Shown here in pieces: positions 1-5,703 of a DNA stretch of 10,630 bases. The notes under the pieces are model-generated. The model saw nothing but the letters and a program-made list of their open reading frames with translations, was not told the origin of the DNA and searched no databases. Numbering within the stretch: the stretch's first letter is position 1; each line of letters opens with the position of its first letter. This DNA comes from Colwellia polaris (GTDB taxonomy: Archaea; Nanohalarchaeota; Nanosalinia; Nanosalinales; Nanosalinaceae): positions 1 to 10,630 of the forward strand of contig JBLGBK010000017.1 in assembly GCA_047617785.1 (NCBI GenBank). Direction: 5' to 3'. The position numbers and the translations under genes were made by a program.

Positions 1-1
1 G

Positions 2-103
2 GTGGCTACGTGTTTTTCTGCTTTGTTTGGGCTTATTGCGGCGTTTTTCCTTGTAACATTGTTTTTGTTTTTTGTCCTATTTTTAGCCCATGCTACCCAT
101 TAA
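2..103 (+). CDS. Possible 3' end of a convergent membrane-protein gene (partial, runs off the window start)
   Basis: Frame 2 is open from the window edge to TAA at 101-103 and reads VATCFSALFGLIAAFFLVTLFLFFVLFLAHATH, a transmembrane-like stretch. It could equally be a T-rich intergenic or terminator tract that happens to translate as hydrophobic. Confidence 0.3.
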   Translation: MATCFSALFGLIAAFFLVTLFLFFVLFLAHATH

Positions 104-1090
104 TGAGGCTACTGCAGTTCTCACTAGTGAGAACAGCACTAATGCTACTGTTACGAATACCGGGATATACTTGGCTCCTTTCTTGATGTTTCCACTGCCT
201 ATCTGGGCTATTATCAATGCTGAAAAGAAGTTAATCAGTACGATTGCCATCATTGCGAACTGTGTGAAGAATTGTATGTCAATGTCTGGTGCGGAGAAGT
301 CCATGCTCATTCCCATTCCTCCTCCCATTCCTCCGCCTCCTGCTCCGCCGGCATCTTCCATGCTGCCGATATCTGCTTCTTCCCACATAGTTGTGGTTTC
401 CTGTGCCATGTGGACGCTGATGGAGAAAAGTAGTGGTGCTCCTACGACTGCAGCCATCATGATGAATACGGTGTACATACGAATAGAGGACTTAATCTCG
501 TCTCGTAGTTCGATGCTTTTCCGGACGTCATTACTGCTGTTTTCCAGCAGTTCAGCTGTGTTGGCTCCTGCTTCCATTGCGTCTACGAGGAGTTTGATGG
601 TTTCTCCGAATAATTCGGATTTGACACGGTCTTCCATGTTTTCCAGTGCTTCTTCTACTGGTTTTCCTCCGTACATGTCCATGGCTGTTTCTCTGAACTC
701 CTCGGCTAATGGTCCGAATTCGTCTCTTGCAGAAAGTAGTAGTGCTTTTTCCAGGTTGTGTCCTGATTTGATGTTTGCGGATACCAGGCGTAATGCGTCT
801 GGCAGCAAGTTCTCCATCTCGTCTTTTCGGCCTTCTGCTTTCAGTGATATGTAGAGGTAGGGTACAGATGGTATTCCGATTAGTATTGATACTCCGGCTA
901 TACCTGCTTTTACTGTAGGGCTGAAGTTGGATAAGAAAGCTAGTACGGATACAAGCACTGTTGTAAGTGCTGCTATCTGGAAGAACTTCTGTTCGTAGTC
1001 ATCTATACGTGCGTAGTATGCTTCCTTTTCTAGCCTGTCTGTGTAGAAGCTAGGTAGTTTCTCGTATGTTGTTTTCAGGAGATCCGCCAT
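83..1090 (-). CDS. Type II secretion system F-family (TadC/PilC/ArlJ-like) type IV pilus platform membrane protein
   Basis: 335 aa with two N-terminal TM helices, a T2SSF domain (LPDALRLVSANIKSG...FGPLAEEF...GKPVEEALE...AMEAG) and three C-terminal TM helices. Its ATG overlaps the upstream TAA (TAATG), with GAGGTGA 10 nt upstream. Confidence 0.9.
   Translation of the reverse strand: MADLLKTTYEKLPSFYTDRLEKEAYYARIDDYEQKFFQIAALTTVLVSVLAFLSNFSPTVKAGIAGVSILIGIPSVPYLYISLKAEGRKDEMENLLPDALRLVSANIKSGHNLEKALLLSARDEFGPLAEEFRETAMDMYGGKPVEEALENMEDRVKSELFGETIKLLVDAMEAGANTAELLENSSNDVRKSIELRDEIKSSIRMYTVFIMMAAVVGAPLLFSISVHMAQETTTMWEEADIGSMEDAGGAGGGGMGGGMGMSMDFSAPDIDIQFFTQFAMMAIVLINFFSALIIAQIGSGNIKKGAKYIPVFVTVALVLFSLVRTAVASLMGSMG
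311..334. repeat. Perfect 12-bp tandem duplication (TCCCATTCCTCC x2) within a Gly/Met-rich coding tract
   Basis: 311-322 and 323-334 are identical. On the minus strand they encode GGMG-GGMG within AGGAGGGGMGGGMGMSM. Confidence 0.85.
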
Positions 1091-1947
1091 TATGCTGCTT
1101 TCACCTCAGGTCTCTTTGACTTGACTAGGTTGAGGAAGAATACCTGAAATACAGCTAGTCCTCCAAGCATTCCGAGGAACATGTTATTGCTGAGGCTGAA
1201 ACCGGTGAATGAGGATATTACGATCATCAGTGTTGCTCCCAGGCTGGGGAAGATGACTGCAAGCATTAGGTACATCAGGATGAATGGGTTGAGATCCTCT
1301 CCGTAGTTCTGAACCTTCAGTTTCTGCTCTTCGATCATCGTATCTACAAGAGAATCAAGTGTCTTTGTAATGTCTGCTCCCGATTTCAGTGCGTTGATCA
1401 TCTGCCAGACAGCTCTCCGATACATAATGCTTGGATTGCGTGTAATTGAGTCTTCTAGAGCTTCTACCTGGCTTTTACCTCCCTGTATATCGTTTACAAT
1501 CCGTTTGAATTCTTTGGATGCTTCCCCGTAGTCTGTGCTTACTGATACCATCGATTCGTATAGACTGATTCCTGAGCTGACCTCGATAAGCATGTGTCTT
1601 AACGCGTACGGGAGTTCTTTCTCCAGCATCCGTGATTTCTTGTTCGCTGTTACTTTAGGCTGGTATACAAAAGTTAGAAATATTAGAAATCCGAGTACGG
1701 GCGTTCCAAGTCCTCCTATTTTCCATAGAAGACTGTTGCCCATTATAAGCCCGGCTGCTATAAGCGAGCTGCCTACTGCAAGCGTTACCTGTACTGCCCG
1801 TGCTATACATCCTGCGATGTAGCTTTCCGGGTTTAAATCCATCCGCGCTCCTTTCAAATCTTCTTCTATGCTTGGAACCAGTCTCTTGGCATGTTCTGCC
1901 AGCGGTAGAAAGTACTGAGCGTACTGGTCGGAGACGGTTGGATCCAT
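1090..1947 (-). CDS. Type II secretion system F-family (TadB/TadC-like) type IV pilus platform membrane protein
   Basis: 285 aa with T2SSF signatures (LEKELPYALRHMLIEVSSGISLYESM, YGEASKEFKRIVNDIQGG, ALKSGADIT) and two TM pairs flanking the domain. It is a tandem paralog of 83..1090. Confidence 0.9.
   Translation of the reverse strand: MDPTVSDQYAQYFLPLAEHAKRLVPSIEEDLKGARMDLNPESYIAGCIARAVQVTLAVGSSLIAAGLIMGNSLLWKIGGLGTPVLGFLIFLTFVYQPKVTANKKSRMLEKELPYALRHMLIEVSSGISLYESMVSVSTDYGEASKEFKRIVNDIQGGKSQVEALEDSITRNPSIMYRRAVWQMINALKSGADITKTLDSLVDTMIEEQKLKVQNYGEDLNPFILMYLMLAVIFPSLGATLMIVISSFTGFSLSNNMFLGMLGGLAVFQVFFLNLVKSKRPEVKAA
1101..1107 (-). promoter_or_regulatory. Shine-Dalgarno site GAGGTGA for the 83..1090 gene
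   Basis: The + strand reads TCACCTC at 1101-1107, which is GAGGTGA on the minus strand, 10 nt upstream of the ATG at 1090. It matches the archaeal SD consensus GGAGGTGA. Confidence 0.7.
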
Positions 1948-1971
1948 TACAAATTATTTTGCTGTCTCCGG

Positions 1972-1980
1972 TTAAATAAA
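1972..1980 (-). promoter_or_regulatory. Putative TATA box (TTTATTTAA) for the tadC-like pair
   Basis: AT-rich box at -33..-25 from the ATG at 1947, with no SD before that ATG. This fits a leaderless or short-leader archaeal promoter. Confidence 0.5.
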
Positions 1981-2006
1981 ACAGAGGTACAACGGGCAAT
2001 TACAAC

Positions 2007-2020
2007 GAGAAAAAAGAGAA
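2007..2020 (-). terminator. Putative oligo-T terminator after aIF6
   Basis: The minus strand reads TTCTCTTTTTTCTC immediately after the aIF6 stop. Similar pyrimidine tracts follow other minus-strand genes. Confidence 0.5.
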
Positions 2021-2021
2021 T

Positions 2022-2666
2022 TTACTGGTTGAGAGTAGTGTCTATACGGCCGATTTCTGGGCCTGTACTGTCCTCTCCGGTCAGCATAAGATTGTCGTTG
2101 CAGATAAGCCCCGAGCCTATGAACGGAGAGCCCATGTTGACTGTTCCAATATCTACATTCTCTACTTCAAGTACCTCTTTCGCTTTCTCTGCGTCTTCTT
2201 CACTTGCAGCTCTGTGAAGTAGTACTCCTCGACTGTTCGCTCTCCCACATACTCCAGGGTTAGGTATTCCTGCGATCTCCATTACTTTGACTTCTACTTC
2301 AAGTGCTTCTTCTATTATTTCACGCTGTTCTTCAAGTTTCGGACTGATCACTGCGCCTTTATCGTTTGCAAGTACAAGGTTGCCGAGCGCATTACCTTTA
2401 GCTTCAATTACCTTGAAAGGTATGCCTGCTTCTTCAAGTGCTTCTTTTTCCCTGCTTCCTACGTTTTCCGGTAGTAGAAGGCAGTTTGAGTTTCCGGCTG
2501 TGAACATTCCTACTAGCCGTGTCTGCGTTATGTATGTTTCTACCACTGTTTCTACTTCGAAAAGATCTTTTTTCGTGAATTCTGGTGCTACTACAGCGTA
2601 TTCGTTGGTGGCTACGCCGTAGAGTCCTACTGTGGTGTTACCTTCGTAATTGTATTTCTCTATCAT
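2022..2666 (-). CDS. eif6: Translation initiation factor 6 (aIF6/eIF6, ribosome anti-association factor)
   Basis: 214 aa with repeated eIF6 motifs (VGLYGVATNEYA, LVGMFTAGNSNCLLLP, ALGNLVLANDKGAVISP, GTVNMGSPFIGSGLICND, STGPEIGRI). It lies downstream of rpl31e, as in the conserved archaeal cluster. Confidence 0.95.
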   Translation of the reverse strand: MIEKYNYEGNTTVGLYGVATNEYAVVAPEFTKKDLFEVETVVETYITQTRLVGMFTAGNSNCLLLPENVGSREKEALEEAGIPFKVIEAKGNALGNLVLANDKGAVISPKLEEQREIIEEALEVEVKVMEIAGIPNPGVCGRANSRGVLLHRAASEEDAEKAKEVLEVENVDIGTVNMGSPFIGSGLICNDNLMLTGEDSTGPEIGRIDTTLNQ

Positions 2667-2712
2667 ATTGGTGTTCTCCTTGTTGAGTCATCTATTAGAA
2701 TTGACCTAAAGT

Positions 2713-2724
2713 GAAAAAGAAGAA
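2713..2724 (-). terminator. Putative oligo-T terminator after rpl31e
   Basis: The minus strand reads TTCTTCTTTTTC about 16 nt after the rpl31e stop. Confidence 0.4.
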
Positions 2725-2739
2725 TTATATTGGTAAACC

Positions 2740-3165
2740 TTAGATCAGGTCTTTGAGGAACTGTTTCAGGGTCTTTCTATCCTTCTTCTTTTTCTCTGCT
2801 TCCAGAACCTTTTCTGGATTGATATCTTTCTCTTCTACAGTCTCCTTAACTTCCGAGACTGTTCCTTCAACTATTTCCTCGTAGTCAACGTCGTTGCTTC
2901 CAGAACTTGAACTGGACTGTGTTTTTGGTTGTTCAGCTGAAAATGCTTTCAGTCCTTTTTCTGTTGGCTGTAAGTCGACTGTAATCTTTGCTGGAGGTTT
3001 GCTTGCTCCTCTGCTCCAGATTTCTTGGTTGACTTCGCTGCTGATTGTTACTTCTTCTCCTTCCTGGTTCTCTAGTTTTTCCCGGAGGATTTTTACAGCT
3101 CTCTTTGCACGGCTGTTGCGTGATGCTACACGTGCTCGTGAAAGGTTTACGGTTTCTCGTGTCAT
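2740..3165 (-). CDS. rpl31e: 50S ribosomal protein L31e (eL31) with an extra C-terminal domain
   Basis: The N-terminal ~77 aa carry L31e motifs (TVNL, RAKRAVKILRE, VNQEIWSRGASKPPAKITV). The gene sits between rpl39e and aIF6. A Ser-rich linker and a ~48-aa extension follow. Confidence 0.9.
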   Translation of the reverse strand: MTRETVNLSRARVASRNSRAKRAVKILREKLENQEGEEVTISSEVNQEIWSRGASKPPAKITVDLQPTEKGLKAFSAEQPKTQSSSSSGSNDVDYEEIVEGTVSEVKETVEEKDINPEKVLEAEKKKKDRKTLKQFLKDLI

Positions 3166-3336
3166 TTATTCGTCAGTGTCGTTGCGTCTCCAGTGTCGGC
3201 TCTTTCGAGGCTTAATGGACTTTCTACGTGCTTGGTCCATTCCAAATGCCTTGATTGAAACCCACCGTGGAGCGGATTTAGCGGTTTTATTTGCTTTCGC
3301 AAGTCGCTTCTTTTTTGCCTTTGATTTCTTTCCCAT
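3166..3336 (-). CDS. rpl39e: 50S ribosomal protein L39e (eL39), 56 aa; not in the supplied ORF track
   Basis: Manual translation from the ATG at 3336 gives MGKKSKAKKKRLAKANKTAKSAPRWVSIKAFGMDQARRKSIKPRKSRHWRRNDTDE*. It has the L39e motifs KKRLAK, PxWV and RHWRR, a GGAGGTGA SD site, and a TAA abutting the rpl31e ATG. Confidence 0.95.
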   Translation of the reverse strand: MGKKSKAKKKRLAKANKTAKSAPRWVSIKAFGMDQARRKSIKPRKSRHWRRNDTDE

Positions 3337-3346
3337 AGTAAAGTGT

Positions 3347-3354
3347 TCACCTCC
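3347..3354 (-). promoter_or_regulatory. Shine-Dalgarno site GGAGGTGA for rpl39e
   Basis: Perfect GGAGGTGA 10 nt upstream of the rpl39e ATG. It includes the TGA stop of the upstream gene. Confidence 0.8.
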
Positions 3355-3661
3355 TGAACTTGATGTCGAACTCGTTATCCTGTTTTTCCTTCTGAATTGA
3401 TTTAAGTATGTCTTTCAACTGGTCATCTCCAATCTTGCCTTGAGTCTGCTCTCCCATACGGGCGATCTGTATTTCAAGGCTGGAAACCAGTTCTGGTTGA
3501 GCCATGCGAACTCTTTCCAGACGGCTCTGCGCCTCACTTGTGAGGTGTTTTTTAGCTATCTGGCTGATCTGTTGTTTCTGTTGCTCCGCTTCCTCTTCCT
3601 GTTGCTGGAGCTTTTCCTTTTTCTGTTCTCGTAGTTTCTTGAGTTCTTCTTCGTCAACCAT
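3347..3661 (-). CDS. PDCD5/TFAR19-like DNA-binding protein (COG2118 type)
   Basis: 104 aa with a DEEELKKLRE start, a Q/E-rich helix, LTSEAQSRLERVRMAQPE, KIGDDQLKDIL and a C-terminal IKFRR. It occupies the conserved position after rps19e. Confidence 0.9.
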   Translation of the reverse strand: MVDEEELKKLREQKKEKLQQQEEEAEQQKQQISQIAKKHLTSEAQSRLERVRMAQPELVSSLEIQIARMGEQTQGKIGDDQLKDILKSIQKEKQDNEFDIKFRR

Positions 3662-3674
3662 CTTTTTCCCAGCT

Positions 3675-4088
3675 TTACTTTGCCAGGACTTCTGATGCGT
3701 AGTCGTCTAGTAGTGCCTGTCCGTCTTCGGTGATCTGTCGGCCTTCTCCTTCTTCTGTTTCTACCAGTCCTGCTTCTTCAAGGTTTTGAAGTGCAGTTCT
3801 GATTATTTTTCCGGATGCCTTTCCGTGGTGTTCAGGTGCGTGGCCGTTGTTGCTGTTGTCTCCGAAGATTGTTCGAAGCTTGGATACTCCTAGTGGACCA
3901 TCCATGTATATTCTTCTAAGCACTGCTGCGCATCTGATGTGATACCAGTTGCTCTGCTGTGGTGGTTTCTCTTTGGTGACACCGGTTTTTACGTATTCTG
4001 TCCATTCCGGTGCGTCGAACTCTTCTTCCAGATCCTCTGCAACTTCCATGATCAGAGGTTCTGCTTTTACATCGTATGCTGTCGTCAT
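3675..4088 (-). CDS. rps19e: 30S ribosomal protein S19e (eS19)
   Basis: Motifs PEWTEYVKTG, EKPPQQSNWYHIRCAAVLRRIY, GPLGVSKLR, SGKIIRTALQNLEEAGLV and GRQIT. The start is better placed at ATG 4088 (MTTAYDV, 137 aa) than at 4109, because it gives a typical N-terminus and TATA spacing. Confidence 0.95.
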   Translation of the reverse strand: MTTAYDVKAEPLIMEVAEDLEEEFDAPEWTEYVKTGVTKEKPPQQSNWYHIRCAAVLRRIYMDGPLGVSKLRTIFGDNSNNGHAPEHHGKASGKIIRTALQNLEEAGLVETEEGEGRQITEDGQALLDDYASEVLAK

Positions 4089-4112
4089 ATACAAACACCA
4101 TTTAGTCAAAAA

Positions 4113-4120
4113 CTTTTAAA
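4113..4120 (-). promoter_or_regulatory. Putative TATA box (TTTAAAAG) of the rps19e cluster
   Basis: At -32..-25 from ATG 4088 and preceded by a purine-rich GGAA (BRE-like). Confidence 0.6.
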
Positions 4121-4148
4121 TTCCAACACTTCTGTGAAATGCTACCGG

Positions 4149-4159
4149 GAAAAAAGAGG
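4149..4159 (-). terminator. Putative oligo-T terminator after the aminopeptidase gene
   Basis: The minus strand reads CCTCTTTTTTC just after the stop at 4163. Confidence 0.5.
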
Positions 4160-4162
4160 TTT

Positions 4163-5260
4163 TTACTCCTCAAACTTCCATACTCCATTTTCTTGGACTA
4201 CTTCGCCATCGACAGTTATCTTTCCGTTTTCACGCAGCTCTTCTACGATGTCCCAGTGGATACCTGAGTCATTAGCTTTTTCGCCTTCTGGAACCGTCTC
4301 TTCATATGCTCGTCCCAGCGCTAGGTGAATTGTTCCGCCGATTTTCTCATCGAAAAGCGTGTTCTTAACGAACTGCTGGATTTCGGGGTTTGTACCTATT
4401 CCTAGTTCCCCAACGTACCGTGCACCTTCGTCTGTGTTCAGTTTCTGCTTCAGTAGTTCTTCGTTCCGCTCTGCTGAGTAGTCTACTACTTTTCCGTCTT
4501 CGAAGTGGAGGACTATTCCTTCTACTTCGTCTCCATCTGTTACTCCAGGATATTCGAAGCTTACTTTGCCGTTAAGCGAGTCTTTGACTGGCGCGTAGAA
4601 TACTTCTCCGTCAGGCATGTTTTTTTCACCATTGCAGGGCATTCCGTCTCTGTTTTTCAGGCTTAGCGTGAGGTCTGTTCCTTCTGCTTGGATTCGTACT
4701 TCTTCTGCTCCATCAAATATTTCTTTTACTTTCTGGTTTTTCTCTTCAAGTGAGTCCCAGTCTACTTCGGTTACTGCGTCAAAAACGAACTTCTGGAACT
4801 CCTCTGTTGGCATCTCTGCTGCCTGTGACATACCGTCTGTAGGGTAGCGTGTTACGACCCAGTCAAGTTCCAGTCGTTTCCGAAGTAGTTCTTTTGTGGC
4901 TTTTTCTCTAACGGAGATTTTCTTGCTGTCTATACCTTTCAGTTCTTTCGTGTTGTCCGCTCCGCCGATTCGAATGTATGCATCCATTTCCTCAAGCTCC
5001 TTTTTCTTGGATTCTGATACAGTCTCCAATTGATCTTTGTCTGCGTGTTTCATCCATGTGTAGTCCATTGCTCCGAGCTGTGAGTCGTAGAGGATGTGTT
5101 CATGCGGTATTCCGCCTCGCTGTATTATCTGTTTTCTTACTTCTTTGAATAGCGGTAATGAGTCCACGGACTTCGTCAGGAGGTATACATGATCTCCTTT
5201 TTCTACATTTATCGATCTTGTCAGAAGTACTTCTGCGAACTCTTCCAGTTTTTCTTTCAC
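4163..5260 (-). CDS. Aminopeptidase, peptidase family M29 (AmpS/AmpT/PepS-like)
   Basis: 365 aa with a GTG start and M29 motifs NMPDGEVF, GARYVGELGIG, NTLFDEKIGGTIHLALG and NDSGIHWDIV. Confidence 0.93.
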   Translation of the reverse strand: MKEKLEEFAEVLLTRSINVEKGDHVYLLTKSVDSLPLFKEVRKQIIQRGGIPHEHILYDSQLGAMDYTWMKHADKDQLETVSESKKKELEEMDAYIRIGGADNTKELKGIDSKKISVREKATKELLRKRLELDWVVTRYPTDGMSQAAEMPTEEFQKFVFDAVTEVDWDSLEEKNQKVKEIFDGAEEVRIQAEGTDLTLSLKNRDGMPCNGEKNMPDGEVFYAPVKDSLNGKVSFEYPGVTDGDEVEGIVLHFEDGKVVDYSAERNEELLKQKLNTDEGARYVGELGIGTNPEIQQFVKNTLFDEKIGGTIHLALGRAYEETVPEGEKANDSGIHWDIVEELRENGKITVDGEVVQENGVWKFEE

Positions 5261-5343
5261 GATAAATATGTGATTAGGGTGTGAATCATTTAACCCTTAC
5301 AGTTGCTCCAAAACACACTTATCAACTCATCCGTAAATCTGCT

Positions 5344-5360
5344 TTTGAAAGTCTTTCAAA
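5344..5360. promoter_or_regulatory. Perfect 8-1-8 palindrome TTTGAAAG-T-CTTTCAAA overlapping the putative TATA (TTTTGAAA, 5343-5350) of the 5376 gene; candidate operator
   Basis: The inverted repeat is seen directly (5344-5351 vs 5353-5360) and lies at -32..-16 from ATG 5376. Operator function is inferred. Confidence 0.5.
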
Positions 5361-5375
5361 TAGCAGAATGGTACT

Positions 5376-5663
5376 ATGGACGAAAACGAAGAATTATTAA
5401 GAGGGATCAAAGAAGTGATCGAACGTTTCGGTATGAGTAGAGAAGAGGTTGAAGAGGAAGGTATACCTGAAGCCATGTTTGAGATTCTGAAAAGTCAGAC
5501 ATATCTCCCTGTTAATTCTATCAAGCAGGAGTGGCTGGAAGAAGAGAAACTTTTCAAAGAATTGGGAAGTGTCAAGAACAACGGCAGAGAGCCGGAAACG
5601 TACAGTGAAGAACAGGACTACTACCTACCTTCAGATGATTTCCTAGAAGAACTTTTTGACTGA
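5376..5663 (+). CDS. Hypothetical acidic protein, 95 aa, with weak Xre/Cro-HTH-like pattern
   Basis: ATG-started ORF filling the gap, with Glu/Asp-rich composition like the rest of the proteome. IKEVIERFGMSREEVEEEGIP...YLP loosely resembles the Xre HTH consensus. The confidence given is for the CDS, not the fold. Confidence 0.7.
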   Translation: MDENEELLRGIKEVIERFGMSREEVEEEGIPEAMFEILKSQTYLPVNSIKQEWLEEEKLFKELGSVKNNGREPETYSEEQDYYLPSDDFLEELFD

Positions 5664-5669
5664 CAATGG

Positions 5670-5677
5670 TTTATGAA
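5670..5677 (+). promoter_or_regulatory. Putative TATA box (TTTATGAA) for the 471-aa gene
   Basis: At -34..-27 from ATG 5704, with no SD motif before that ATG. Confidence 0.45.
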
Positions 5678-5703
5678 CCAACAATACAATAATTTTTCTG
5701 TGT

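Noticed and set aside
90-854. 254-aa plus-strand ORF with a Pro-rich tract
   Set aside because: It is the antisense shadow of the T2SSF gene. The Pro run mirrors the Gly codons, and the Ser-rich composition is unlike this acidic proteome.
3162-3350. 62-aa minus-strand ORF (MNTLLWERNQ...) in the ORF track
   Set aside because: It is the wrong frame. The real gene is rpl39e at 3166..3336, with clear family motifs and an SD site.
4089-4109. N-terminal extension MTKWCLY of S19e
   Set aside because: It uses a non-ATG start immediately downstream of the TATA box. ATG 4088 gives a typical S19e N-terminus.
5271-5297. Two interleaved 5-bp inverted repeats (TGATT/AATCA and AGGGT/ACCCT) upstream of the aminopeptidase
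   Set aside because: They are too short to be significant.
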